Positions 1 to 9,747 of a stretch of DNA of 36,234 nucleotides are shown here, piece by piece. Source of the DNA: Eubacteriales bacterium (GTDB lineage Bacteria; Bacillota; Clostridia; Oscillospirales; CAG-272); assembly GCA_045661265.1 (NCBI GenBank), contig JAZRFG010000100.1:1-36234 (forward strand). The letters run 5' to 3'. The number at the start of each line of letters is the position of its first letter. Positions within the stretch are counted from its first letter, which is position 1. The position numbers were made by a program, and so were the translations under genes. A model generated the notes under the pieces. That model saw only the letters and a program-made list of their open reading frames with translations. It was not told the DNA's origin and made no database searches.

Positions 1-264
1 GTGGGACTCCCGAGCGCAGGATGCGTTTTCCAGCGTCCGCAGCCCGATCTTCCCATTGGCAAGCTTTTAGATGAGCTTGGCTGTAAGGGGATGCGTGTGG
101 GTGGCGCTGAGGTGTCGGGGAAGCACGCCGCTTTCATTGTAAACACCGGTAATGCCACTGCCGCAGACGTCAAAGCGCTGATGCGGGAGATACAGAAAAA
201 AGCAGAAAAAGAAAGGGGAATGATCCTGACAAGTGAGATCAGGATCATTTCGTGGAGAGTATGA
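1..264 (+). CDS. murB: UDP-N-acetylenolpyruvoylglucosamine reductase MurB, C-terminal fragment (5' end lies outside the window)
   Basis: Frame 1 is open from the window edge to a TGA at 262-264. The translation GGAEVSGKHAAFIVNTGNATAADVKALM matches the conserved MurB C-terminal domain pattern (GGA.VS.KHanFivN...A.a.Dv..L). Confidence 0.85.
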   Translation: MGLPSAGCVFQRPQPDLPIGKLLDELGCKGMRVGGAEVSGKHAAFIVNTGNATAADVKALMREIQKKAEKERGMILTSEIRIISWRV

Positions 265-1124
265 ATTATTCGCTTTTGTTAAAGGAAGAGCTGATCGACG
301 GCGCTCCGCGCGCCAAATGCTGTCGCCGCGCGTATGCCGCGGGACTTTTGTATGACGTGCGCGAGCTGCGGGAAAATTGCCTTGTGCTGGTGCTGTCCGG
401 GGCGGCTGCGCGCCGTGAATGTGCCCAGGCCTTTCGCGAGCAATATCGCCGCGCGGCATTGCTGAATGGTTCTGTGCTCCTTTTTCCCTCGGCAGAGCTT
501 TACGCCGAGTATCAAAAGCCCCCCGTGTTCACTTGCCCTCACTGTGCCGCTCACTTTTTGCGCGGTCTTATCGTGGCGTGTGGCTCGGCAACCGACCCCA
601 CCAAGGCCTATCATTTGGAATTTCGTCTTTCCAATCCCGAAAAGGTGCCGTTTTTGGCAGAATTCCTGGAGGGACAGGGCTGGCATGCGGGCTGTCGCAA
701 GCTAAAGGGCGGCGGACTTGGCATTTACATCAAAAACAGTGTGATCATCGAGGAAATGCTGACCTTGATGGGCGCCAATAAGGCGCTGTTTGGGCTGATG
801 AACGCTAAAATCGAGCGTGAGATCCGAAACGGCGAGAACCGCGCCACCAACTGTGAAACAAGCAACATTGCGCGCGCGGTAGACGCGTCGGCGCGCGTGC
901 GAGAGGCGATCGAGGTGCTGATCCGCACCGAGCGACTGGCGGCGCTGCCCAACGAATTGCGCGAAACCGCCAATCTGCGCCTGGAAAACCCCGCCGCCTC
1001 GCTCAAGGAGCTGGCTTATTTACATAATCCCCCCATTACAAAGTCGGGGTTGAATCATCGTTTGCAAAAGATCCTTGCCGCCGGTGTAGCGGCTGGGGCA
1101 GAAGAGGAAAAATCCGCCGAATAA
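252..1124 (+). CDS. whiA: DNA-binding sporulation/cell-division regulator WhiA
   Basis: 290-aa ORF of typical WhiA length. It has a degenerate LAGLIDADG-like middle region and a C-terminal helix-turn-helix (ITKSGLNHRLQKI). The start is either GTG 252 (AGGA 7 nt upstream) or ATG 261. It overlaps the murB stop. Confidence 0.85.
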   Translation: MESMNYSLLLKEELIDGAPRAKCCRRAYAAGLLYDVRELRENCLVLVLSGAAARRECAQAFREQYRRAALLNGSVLLFPSAELYAEYQKPPVFTCPHCAAHFLRGLIVACGSATDPTKAYHLEFRLSNPEKVPFLAEFLEGQGWHAGCRKLKGGGLGIYIKNSVIIEEMLTLMGANKALFGLMNAKIEREIRNGENRATNCETSNIARAVDASARVREAIEVLIRTERLAALPNELRETANLRLENPAASLKELAYLHNPPITKSGLNHRLQKILAAGVAAGAEEEKSAE

Positions 1125-1145
1125 CGGCGAGGAAAGGATACGGAA

Positions 1146-4100
1146 ATGTCGGATTTCGTCCATTTGCATTTACACAGCGAATATAGCTTGCTGGATGGCG
1201 CGTGCCGTACAAGCGAGATCCCAAGGCGCGCCAAGGAATGCGGTCACAGTGCCGTTGCGCTGACGGATCACGGCGTGATGTACGGCGCGGTGGAGTTCTA
1301 CCGTGCCTGCAAGCGCGAGGGCGTAAAGCCGATCATTGGCTGCGAGGTCTACGTGGCGCCCCGCACTCGCTTTGAAAAGGGAAGCGCCGACGCGCACCCG
1401 CATCATTTGGTGCTTCTTTGCGAAAACGAGGTGGGATATCGCAATCTCACGTATCTGGTTTCACGTGCCTTCACCGAGGGCTTTTACAGCAAGCCGCGCG
1501 TGGATCTGGAGCTGTTGCGAAATCATCACGAGGGACTGATCGCCCTTTCCGGTTGCCTTGCGGGGCGCATTCCGCAGTTGCTTTTGCGCGGGGATTACAC
1601 CGCCGCTTGTGAATATGCAAAAGAGCTGTCTGTTATCTTTGGAAAGAACAATTTTTATATAGAATTGCAAAACCACGGACTTGAGGAGCAAAAACAGATC
1701 CTTCCCACGCTTGTTCAGCTGGCTCGGGAATGTGAGCTCCCCGTGGTTGCCACAAATGACTGTCACTATCTGCGCAGAAGCGATGCCGAGATGCAAGCGG
1801 TGCTTCTTTGCATCCAAACGAACAATCAGCTTGACGACGGCCGCCCCATCGGATTTGAAACGGACGAGTTTTATTACAAGGACAGTAAGGAAATGGAGAT
1901 GCTGTTCGGGAAATTTGAGGGTGCGCTGGAAAACACCGTGAAGATCGCCGAGCGCTGCCAGTTTGATTTCGATTTCTCGCAAACGCATCTGCCCAAGTTC
2001 CCGTGCCCCGCGGGCGAGAGCGCCGAATCGCATCTGCGTGCACTGGCTGCCAAGGGCTTTTCGGCAAGAAAAGAGGCGGGGCTGTTGCATTTTGACCGTC
2101 ACAGCGAAAAGGATTACCTTGATCGCATGGAATACGAGCTTTCCGTGATCGTCAAAATGGGATATGCGGACTATTTCCTCATCGTGCAGGACTACGTGAA
2201 CTTTGCGCGCTCGCGCAAGATCCCTGTGGGCCCCGGCCGTGGCTCGGGTGCGGGCAGTATTGTGGCGTTTTTCCTTGGTATCACCGACGTGGATTCGCTG
2301 TATCACGATCTGCTTTTCGAGCGCTTTTTGAACCCCGAACGCGTGAGTATGCCGGATATTGATATGGACTTTTGCTACAATCGCCGCGAGGAGGTCATCG
2401 CTTATGTGACCGAAAAGTACGGCAAGGAGCGCGTTTGCCAGATCGTGACCTTTGGTACGCTGGCAGCACGTGCGGCGATCCGTGACGTGGGACGCGTGCT
2501 GGGTATGTCCTATGCGGACGTGGACGCTGTCGCCAAGGCGGTACCCCGCGAAATTGGCATTACCATTGCGCAGGCGTTGCAGCTGCCGGATCTGAAGGCG
2601 TTGTACCGCGAGCGCGCGGAATACAAGCGTTTGATCGACCTTGCGATGGCGCTGGAGGGAATGCCGCGCAATCTCTCGATCCACGCCGCGGGCGTGGTGA
2701 TCACCGAGCGCCCCCTTGCGCAGTATCTGCCGCTTGCTACCAGCAACGGCGTGATGCTGACGCAATACGATATGGATACCATTGCGGAGCTGGGACTTCT
2801 CAAGTTCGATTTCCTTGGCTTGCGTTATCTTACCATTATCAACGATGCCGTGCTTCAGATCCGCGAGAGTGAGCCGAATTTTGACATCGAGCAGATTCCC
2901 CTGGATGACCCTGAAACCTATAAGCTGATCGCAAAAGGCGCCACAACGGGTCTTTTTCAGCTGGAATCCGGCGGTATGCGCCAGATGCTGATGAATTTGC
3001 AGCCCACCTCTTTTGAGGATATCGTGGCGGCGATCGCACTCTATCGACCGGGACCGATGGATTCGATCCCCACCTTCATTGAAAACAGAAAAAATCCCGA
3101 TCATATCACCTACCGCGCGTCTGCGATGGAGCCGATCCTCAAAAACACCTACGGCTGTGTGGTATATCAGGAGCAAGTGATGCAGATCTTCCGCGAGCTG
3201 GCGGGCTATACCTTCGGTCACGCAGACGTGGTGCGCCGCGCCATGTCCAAGAAAAAAGCGGGCGTGATGGAGGCGGAGCGCGAGGCCTTTTTGCAGGGGT
3301 GCGCGAAAAACGGCATTGACACTGCAGACGCCGAGGCGATCTTTGCAGATATGGCGGATTTTGCCCATTATGCCTTTAACAAAAGTCACGCCGCGGCTTA
3401 CGCGGTGATCTCCTATCGCACCGCCTATCTGAAAGCGCATTATCCCAAGGCGTATTTTGCCGCGCTGCTTACCTCGGAGCTTGGTAATATGCCGAAGATC
3501 GCGGAATATATCGCGGATGCCGGAAAGCTTGGCGTGCGCGTTTTACCCCCCGATATCAACGAATCCGGCGTGGATTTCCGCGTGAGCGGCGAGCATATCC
3601 GATTTGGCCTTTTGGCGTTGAAGAACGTGGGCAGAAGCTTTTTGGAAAACGTCGTGCGCGAGCGTGCACAGGGTGGCCATTATACTTCCTTTGACGATTT
3701 CTTAGAGCGTCTTGCCGGCTTTGATCTCAACAAACGCCAGATCGAGGCGCTGATTAAGTCGGGAGCGTTTGATACGCTTGGTGTCTACCGCAGCCGTCTG
3801 CTTGCCGTGTGCGATCAGCTTTTGGAACGCATCCAGAGCCGCAGCCGCACAGAGCTGACGGGACAATTGGATATTTTCTCGATGGGTAGCGTGGAACGCC
3901 CCAAGATCGAGTATCCGCAGCTTCCCGAATTTGCCTTGAGAGAGCTTTTGATGCAGGAAAAGGAAGCTTCGGGAATGTATTTCTCGGGTCACGTGCTGGA
4001 TGGCTTTTCGATGGCGTTGAGCGATGTCGGTATCACGCAGATCCGTGATATTTTGCGAACGGACGCGGACGGGGAGCTCGTAATGGCAGATCGTGCGCGC

Positions 4101-4640
4101 GTGTGCGTGGCTGGCATTGTTACCTCGATCACGCGCAAGACCACTAAGCGTGACGAGCGAATGGCCTTTTTCACGCTGGAGGATCGCTATGCCGAGATCG
4201 AGTGCATCGCTTTCCCCAAAACTCTACAGGAGCACGGCCACGTGCTGCGAGAGGATTGCGTGCTGCGCGTGGAGGGAAATCTTTCGTTGCGCGAGGAGGA
4301 GAAGCCGAAGCTCTTGGTTTCCCGCTTTGAGGAGCTTGCCGACAACGAAGTGCTGAAAAATCGCCCGCAGACGGTACAAAAAAACACCGTATCGACGAAA
4401 ACGGCGGCTGTCGCGCCGCGTAACGCTAAAATTTTGTATTTGCGCGTGCCGGATCTTTCCTGTGAGATCTTCCGTCGCACCAAAAATCTTCTGGAGATCT
4501 TTGACGGCGCGCTGCCCGTGTCGATCTTCGATGCCTCGACCAAGACGTATCACAAGCAATCGTCCGGATTTGATCTCACCGATTACACGCTGCGGGAACT
4601 GCAAAAAATTCTCGGCGCTGAAAATGTTGTCCCCAAATAA
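1146..4640 (+). CDS. dnaE: DNA polymerase III alpha subunit (DnaE type)
   Basis: 1164-aa ORF with an N-terminal PHP motif (HLHLHSEYSLLDGA), the palm catalytic PDIDMDF motif, and a C-terminal OB-fold region. SD GAGGAAAGGA lies upstream of the ATG. Confidence 0.97.
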   Translation: MSDFVHLHLHSEYSLLDGACRTSEIPRRAKECGHSAVALTDHGVMYGAVEFYRACKREGVKPIIGCEVYVAPRTRFEKGSADAHPHHLVLLCENEVGYRNLTYLVSRAFTEGFYSKPRVDLELLRNHHEGLIALSGCLAGRIPQLLLRGDYTAACEYAKELSVIFGKNNFYIELQNHGLEEQKQILPTLVQLARECELPVVATNDCHYLRRSDAEMQAVLLCIQTNNQLDDGRPIGFETDEFYYKDSKEMEMLFGKFEGALENTVKIAERCQFDFDFSQTHLPKFPCPAGESAESHLRALAAKGFSARKEAGLLHFDRHSEKDYLDRMEYELSVIVKMGYADYFLIVQDYVNFARSRKIPVGPGRGSGAGSIVAFFLGITDVDSLYHDLLFERFLNPERVSMPDIDMDFCYNRREEVIAYVTEKYGKERVCQIVTFGTLAARAAIRDVGRVLGMSYADVDAVAKAVPREIGITIAQALQLPDLKALYRERAEYKRLIDLAMALEGMPRNLSIHAAGVVITERPLAQYLPLATSNGVMLTQYDMDTIAELGLLKFDFLGLRYLTIINDAVLQIRESEPNFDIEQIPLDDPETYKLIAKGATTGLFQLESGGMRQMLMNLQPTSFEDIVAAIALYRPGPMDSIPTFIENRKNPDHITYRASAMEPILKNTYGCVVYQEQVMQIFRELAGYTFGHADVVRRAMSKKKAGVMEAEREAFLQGCAKNGIDTADAEAIFADMADFAHYAFNKSHAAAYAVISYRTAYLKAHYPKAYFAALLTSELGNMPKIAEYIADAGKLGVRVLPPDINESGVDFRVSGEHIRFGLLALKNVGRSFLENVVRERAQGGHYTSFDDFLERLAGFDLNKRQIEALIKSGAFDTLGVYRSRLLAVCDQLLERIQSRSRTELTGQLDIFSMGSVERPKIEYPQLPEFALRELLMQEKEASGMYFSGHVLDGFSMALSDVGITQIRDILRTDADGELVMADRARVCVAGIVTSITRKTTKRDERMAFFTLEDRYAEIECIAFPKTLQEHGHVLREDCVLRVEGNLSLREEEKPKLLVSRFEELADNEVLKNRPQTVQKNTVSTKTAAVAPRNAKILYLRVPDLSCEIFRRTKNLLEIFDGALPVSIFDASTKTYHKQSSGFDLTDYTLRELQKILGAENVVPK

Positions 4641-4699
4641 CAAAAAGCGCTCCAAGCACCATAAAATACTCGGAATGAAGCCCTCGCTTATCGCAAAAA

Positions 4700-7102
4700 A
4701 TGACGGTAAGCGGGGGTGTTTTTATGTGGATCAAAAAAATCGGAAAGGCGTTTTTGCGCATTTATCTCTCGGGCAGATTGGTGCTGACTGTCTTGGGAAT
4801 CGTGGCGGTGGCGGGGCTTGGTGTCTGGGCGGGAACGGTGCTGGACGGAGAGATCGACGAGAGCTTGCTTGCCACAAGGGACCGCACGACGCGGCTGTAT
4901 TATTACGACGAAAAGGGGGAGGCCGCCGAGCTTGCCGACGATCGGATCAGCGGATATGAAAATGCGCTGTGGTGTCCGCTTGAGGAGATGTCACCGCATC
5001 TGATCGACGCCTTTGTGGCGATCGAGGACAAGCGCTTTTATTCGCACGGCGGGATCGACTGGCTTCGCACGGGCTCTGCTGTGTGGCAGTATCTGCACGG
5101 GGGCGAGGCCTCCTTTGGTGGATCGACCATCACGCAGCAGCTGGTGAAGAATCTGACAGGGGACAGCGAGCGCAGCGTGCGCCGCAAGGTGGAGGAGCTT
5201 TTGCGCGCGGTGGATCTGGAGAAAAAGCTTTCTAAGGAGGAAATCTTAGAGCAATATTTGAACGTGGTCAATCTCTCGCAGAATTGTTACGGCGTTCGCA
5301 CGGCGGCAAACGCCTATTTTTCCAAGGAGCCGTCAGAGCTTGGCGCGCGCGAGGCAGCCACGATCGCGGCGATCACGAACAATCCCGCGAAATATGACCC
5401 CGTTCGTCACCCAAACAACAACCGCGCGCGGCGGGACGTGATCCTGCGGGAGATGCACGCGCAGGAGCGCCTTGACGAGCCGGGATTTCGCGCGGCGATC
5501 GGTGAGGAAACGGCGCTTTTTCTCAACGAGCGCTCCTTTTCTGGGCGTGTCAACTCCTGGTATGCGGATATGGTGGTGAGCGATGTGATCGCGGCGCTGG
5601 TCGCTCAAAAGGGAATGAGCGAGGCGGCTGCCTCGCGTATGGTCTATTGCGGCGGGTTAAAGATTTATACGGCGATCTCGCCTCTTTTGCAGCAAAGTGT
5701 CACCAACTACTATGAAAACGAGGAGAATTTCCCTGTGCATGAGGGCGGAAAGCGTGCACAGAGCGGGTTTTTGCTGGTTGATCCGCACACGGGGGATATT
5801 TTGGCGGTGGCGGGCGCCGTGGGGCAAAAGCAATCGAACCGCGTACAAAGCTTCGCCTGCGATACCAGACGCCCGTCCGGCTCGGTGATCAAGCCGCTTT
5901 CGGTGTATGCGCCCGCACTCTCGCGCGGATTGATCACTTATGCAACCGTGTTTGACGACGTGCCGCTGGAATTCAAGGAAAACGGCGCACCTTGGCCGAA
6001 AAACGCCCCAAATATCTATCGGGGCCTGACCACGGTGAATACCGCTGTGCGAGAATCGGTTAATACCGTTTGTATTAAGGTGTTGCAACGGCTTGGTGCG
6101 CAAAGCTCCTACCGATTTTTACGGGATCAGCTGGGCTTTTCTTCGCTGAGCGAGCAAAACGACCTCGGCGCGGCGGCGCTGGCGCTGGGGCAGCAGCACA
6201 CGGGCGTGACGCTGCGCGAGATCGTGGGTGGCTATACGGCTCTGGCGGACGATGGCGTGTATCGCGGGACGCGTAGCTTTTATCGGGTGGAGGATAGCGA
6301 AGGGAATACTTTGCTTGAAAATGATGGCACCGAGCGCCGGGTGATGGAACGCGCGGATGCGGCAGTCCTTACGATGATGCTGCGTGGCGTGGTGCAGGAC
6401 GGAACAGGGCGTGCGCTTACGCTGAAAAGCGTGACGGATGTGGCGGGAAAAACGGGGACAACGGGGAAAAACTGCGATAAATGGTTTGTGGGATATACTC
6501 CGGAGCTGTTGTGCGGCGTGTGGTATGGATATGAATACCCGGCGCCGCTCAATGACGTCAAAGGGAATCCTGCGCTTGCGATATTTGATACCGTTATGCA
6601 TGATGTACTTGCCCAGCGCCCGCCGCAAAGAACGCAATTTGAAACGCCAAACGACGTGGTCATCGTTCGCTATTGCAAGGATTCGGGGAAGCTGGCGAGT
6701 GAAGCGTGTGCACTTGACCCGCGGGGAAATCGGTTGGAGTACGGATATTTCAAAAGGGGTACCGAGCCGCACGAGCGCTGTACGTGTCACGTGTGTGTGG
6801 CGTATTGCTCACACGGCGGTGTGGCCGTGGAGGAGTGCCCTTCACAAGCGCGCCGCAGCGTTGCGCTTTTGCGAGTAAAAAGAAGCTTTCCGCGCAGGAT
6901 CACGGTGCAGGATGCGCCGTACACCTATGACGGCGCGATTGATGCAGAGGGACGGAATTTATCTTATAATGAGCCGTATTATGCCGCGAAATACGATTCC
7001 AGCCGGAATTTCGGCATTGGGAAGGACGTGATTCCGTATAATCACGTATGTCCCGTGCACACCGCCGACGCGTTTTGGCGTCGGCGTGCCGGCGTCGGTT
7101 AA
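4700..7102 (+). CDS. Class A penicillin-binding protein (bifunctional glycosyltransferase/transpeptidase) with a Cys-rich C-terminal extension
   Basis: GT51 motifs (AIEDKRFYSHGGID, GGSTITQQLVKN) and transpeptidase motifs SGSVIKP (SxxK), SVN and KTGTT, plus an N-terminal TM helix. ATG 4724 (GGGGG SD 7 nt upstream) may be the true start rather than 4700. Confidence 0.93.
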   Translation: MTVSGGVFMWIKKIGKAFLRIYLSGRLVLTVLGIVAVAGLGVWAGTVLDGEIDESLLATRDRTTRLYYYDEKGEAAELADDRISGYENALWCPLEEMSPHLIDAFVAIEDKRFYSHGGIDWLRTGSAVWQYLHGGEASFGGSTITQQLVKNLTGDSERSVRRKVEELLRAVDLEKKLSKEEILEQYLNVVNLSQNCYGVRTAANAYFSKEPSELGAREAATIAAITNNPAKYDPVRHPNNNRARRDVILREMHAQERLDEPGFRAAIGEETALFLNERSFSGRVNSWYADMVVSDVIAALVAQKGMSEAAASRMVYCGGLKIYTAISPLLQQSVTNYYENEENFPVHEGGKRAQSGFLLVDPHTGDILAVAGAVGQKQSNRVQSFACDTRRPSGSVIKPLSVYAPALSRGLITYATVFDDVPLEFKENGAPWPKNAPNIYRGLTTVNTAVRESVNTVCIKVLQRLGAQSSYRFLRDQLGFSSLSEQNDLGAAALALGQQHTGVTLREIVGGYTALADDGVYRGTRSFYRVEDSEGNTLLENDGTERRVMERADAAVLTMMLRGVVQDGTGRALTLKSVTDVAGKTGTTGKNCDKWFVGYTPELLCGVWYGYEYPAPLNDVKGNPALAIFDTVMHDVLAQRPPQRTQFETPNDVVIVRYCKDSGKLASEACALDPRGNRLEYGYFKRGTEPHERCTCHVCVAYCSHGGVAVEECPSQARRSVALLRVKRSFPRRITVQDAPYTYDGAIDAEGRNLSYNEPYYAAKYDSSRNFGIGKDVIPYNHVCPVHTADAFWRRRAGVG

Positions 7103-7105
7103 ATC

Positions 7106-7145
7106 AAAAAACGAGCGAGATCTCACGGATCTCGCTCGTTTTTTC
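7106..7145. terminator. Bidirectional rho-independent terminator between the convergent PBP and PHP genes
   Basis: Perfect 12-bp stem ACGAGCGAGATC (7111-7122) / GATCTCGCTCGT (7128-7139) with a 5-nt loop. It is flanked by an A-run on the left and a T-run on the right. Confidence 0.85.
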
Positions 7146-8009
7146 TTAAAGCTTGATGGGGTTTGTCCACGCCCGCTTGCCGTTTTCATCGGTTATTTGC
7201 ACGCGAATGAAGCTTTCGTTTGGAAAGGGGGTATAGCGCGCGGTTGTGATGCCATCGCTCTCAAAAACACGCTTGGAAAAGGCACGGTCGGAAAGAAAAA
7301 CGATCTCACGACAGGGGGAGCAGATGACCTTCACCTCGTCGCCCTCTCGTTGCACGTGCACTTCGGGGCCCTGTGTGGCGTAAAAATCACCGCGATGCAG
7401 CGCCTTCAAAATTTCTTCCTGCGTGCAGGCCTTGGCTTGCACCATGATCCACGCGCTGCAAGCGTCGCTGTCATAATAGTGTGTGTCGTCTGCGGCGATC
7501 AAGGGGTACAGGCGCCCTTTAGCGCCCAGCATATCCACGATCAGGGAGGAGTCTGCGCGTCGGGACATATGCACGCCCGAAACCGCGTTATAGATCTCGG
7601 TGGCGTCCGCGTTTTTTAGCTCCATGATCTGCTCCGGGGTGTTGAGTGACCAGGCGGGATGGGCGATTACGGCAAAGCCGCCGACACGCTTGATCGCGTC
7701 GATCATCTCCTGTGCGCCGGCGTCACTCGCAAGGCAGGGATTCTCGCGCATACCGATGCCAACGATATGAAAAAGCCCATTCTTGGTCGAGGTTTTGGTA
7801 TCATATTCGATGCCGGAGAGCAGCAAAAGCCCATTTTCGGCATACTGACTCTCACCGAACACCCAGTGATCGGTAAAGGCCACGGCATCGTATCCTGCCG
7901 CACGGTAGCGCGCAGCCGCCTCGCTCGGCGTGGCGTCACCGTCCGAGCGGGAGGTGTGCATATGTAGATTTACGCGGTAACGCGTATTGCCAAGCAAATC
8001 GGTTTGCAT
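7146..8009 (-). CDS. PHP-domain metal-dependent phosphoesterase
   Basis: 287-aa ORF with the N-terminal PHP signature VNLHMHTSRSDGDATP followed by AVAFTDHW and IAHPAWS His motifs. It lies 3 nt downstream of the preceding gene. Confidence 0.8.
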   Translation of the reverse strand: MQTDLLGNTRYRVNLHMHTSRSDGDATPSEAAARYRAAGYDAVAFTDHWVFGESQYAENGLLLLSGIEYDTKTSTKNGLFHIVGIGMRENPCLASDAGAQEMIDAIKRVGGFAVIAHPAWSLNTPEQIMELKNADATEIYNAVSGVHMSRRADSSLIVDMLGAKGRLYPLIAADDTHYYDSDACSAWIMVQAKACTQEEILKALHRGDFYATQGPEVHVQREGDEVKVICSPCREIVFLSDRAFSKRVFESDGITTARYTPFPNESFIRVQITDENGKRAWTNPIKL

Positions 8010-8012
8010 ATT

Positions 8013-8702
8013 TTACTCCTTGCACAAAAGCGCTTCTTTGTTGGTGGCATAGACCACGTCCTTACGGTTTGCCATCATCTGTAAAAACTCCTCAAATTGT
8101 CCCCAGCTGTTGTAGGCGTCGAATTCATAGCTGTGTCCCCAGATAAAGAGCGTGGCGTCCGCTTCGGTGGGCAGGGAAAGAAAACGCTCACTCAGCTCAA
8201 AAACACGGTCCCAATCGTGGGTGTGGTATAAGGTGGGCTTGAATTCAAACAGATTTTCCTGCCTTTGAAGATCGTAGCAGGAGCGGATCGTTCTCGCGTA
8301 GCGCACACCGGTCTTACTGCGAAGCAGCTCGGACACGCGCGTATTGTAGTTTTCGCCACCGCAAGGGTAGGCAAAACCCACCACCTCATAGCCGCAAAGC
8401 TCCGACAGCGCCAAGCGATCTTCTTCGACCTGGCGAATAACCTCCTCGTCACTCAAGCTGGGCAGACGGGGGTGCGTGAGGGTGTGGCCTGCGATCTCGT
8501 GCCCTGCATAGATGTGCGCTACATCGGCGGCGTTGACCTTATCGTGCCGAACGGTCGTGCCGTGGCAGGTGATCTCGTTTTTCAGACCAAGGAGCCCAGA
8601 ATTGAGATTAAAGGTTGCCTTCATGCCGTATTTGTTGAAAAGCTCAATCAGACGGATATCCTGCTTTACGCCGTCATCATAGCTAAAGGTCAAGACTTTC
8701 AT
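8013..8702 (-). CDS. Polysaccharide deacetylase (NodB/CE4) family protein
   Basis: LTFSYDDG and HEIAGHTLTH motifs. The start is trimmed to ATG 8702 (MKVLTFSYDDG), which is preceded by AAAGGAG. The longer track ORF (to 8765) would overlap the mnmA 3' end. Confidence 0.85.
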   Translation of the reverse strand: MKVLTFSYDDGVKQDIRLIELFNKYGMKATFNLNSGLLGLKNEITCHGTTVRHDKVNAADVAHIYAGHEIAGHTLTHPRLPSLSDEEVIRQVEEDRLALSELCGYEVVGFAYPCGGENYNTRVSELLRSKTGVRYARTIRSCYDLQRQENLFEFKPTLYHTHDWDRVFELSERFLSLPTEADATLFIWGHSYEFDAYNSWGQFEEFLQMMANRKDVVYATNKEALLCKE

Positions 8703-8715
8703 AAAACGCTCCTTT

Positions 8716-9747
8716 TTAACAGATGATGCCGCCACCAAACAGGTAGTCGTCCTCGTAAAGGACAAGCGACTGTCCCTTGGAAATGGCGCGCTGCGGGGTG
8801 TCGAATTCCACGGTCAGCTCGTCTGCGCCCGTCTGCTCGACGCGTGCGGGCGTGGCAGATTGGCTGTACCGCACCTTGGCAAGCAGCTTGCGCGGTGCAC
8901 CAAGCGTGTCCTCGGGGATCAGATTGATGCATTTGGCCACCAAACGGGAGGTGAAAAGCTCCTCGTTCGTGCCCAGCGTAACTGTGTTATCGGCGGCGGA
9001 TTTGGCGACCACGTAGGCGGGCGCGCCGAGCGCGATGCCAAGCCCCTTTCGCTGGCCGATGGTGTAGTGAAGCTGACCCTTGTGCGTGCCAAGCACGCGA
9101 CCGTCGGTGGAAAGAAAAGCGCCGCTTTCGGGACGTTTTCCCGTGAATTTTTCAATGAAGGCGGCATAATCGCCGTCGGGAATGAAGCAAATATCCTGAC
9201 TGTCGGATTTCTGCGCCATCGGGAAGCCGAGCGCGCTCGCCATCTCGCGTACCTCGGGCTTAGTGAGCGTACCAAGCGGGAATTCCGCGCACGAGAGCAC
9301 GTCCTGCGAGAGTGTGTAGAGCATATAGGTCTGATCCTTGCTGCGGTCGACAGCCATACGGACAAGGGAACGGGTTGGCGTGCGCTCAATGCGGGCGTAA
9401 TGTCCCGTAGCGATGCGCTCAAAGCCGTTCGCGCGCGCAAAATCAAGCAGCGCGCCAAACTTGATCGCCTTGTTGCAAAGCACACAGGGGTTGGGTGTTT
9501 CTCCCGCATCGTAGGCGGCGATGAAGGGGAGAATGACGTCCTTTTCAAACTCTTTTTCCAGATGCGCGACAAAATGCGGGATACCCAGCATCGCGCACAG
9601 CGCGGCGGCGTCCGTGGCGTCCCTCTCGCCGCATGCAGCGAAGTGCTGCATCGTTACGCCCGCGGCGGGGGCGATCTTGGCACACAACGCGGCGGCCACG
9701 GCGCTGTCCACGCCGCCGCTCATCGCGATCATGATCTTATCCTTCAT
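8716..9747 (-). CDS. mnmA: tRNA 2-thiouridine(34) synthase MnmA
   Basis: PP-loop motif AMSGGVDSAV, conserved Cys residues, and the overall MnmA pattern (CNK.IKF, ATGHYAR). The start is taken at MKDKIMIAMSGGVDS. It overlaps the trmL stop by 11 nt. Confidence 0.93.
   Translation of the reverse strand: MKDKIMIAMSGGVDSAVAAALCAKIAPAAGVTMQHFAACGERDATDAAALCAMLGIPHFVAHLEKEFEKDVILPFIAAYDAGETPNPCVLCNKAIKFGALLDFARANGFERIATGHYARIERTPTRSLVRMAVDRSKDQTYMLYTLSQDVLSCAEFPLGTLTKPEVREMASALGFPMAQKSDSQDICFIPDGDYAAFIEKFTGKRPESGAFLSTDGRVLGTHKGQLHYTIGQRKGLGIALGAPAYVVAKSAADNTVTLGTNEELFTSRLVAKCINLIPEDTLGAPRKLLAKVRYSQSATPARVEQTGADELTVEFDTPQRAISKGQSLVLYEDDYLFGGGIIC

Noticed and set aside
1461-3440. Very long antisense ORFs opposite real genes: 659 aa opposite dnaE, plus 11040-12371 opposite secA, 15149-16750 opposite pcrA, 16862-17878, 21210-22076, 22528-23562, 23907-24764, 26168-27460, 29899-31185 and 34006-35247.
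   Set aside because: They lie entirely inside strongly recognisable genes on the other strand. Their translations are low-complexity (rich in R/A/G/H/L) and lack SD sequences. This is the usual stop-codon-poor shadow-frame effect in GC-rich DNA.
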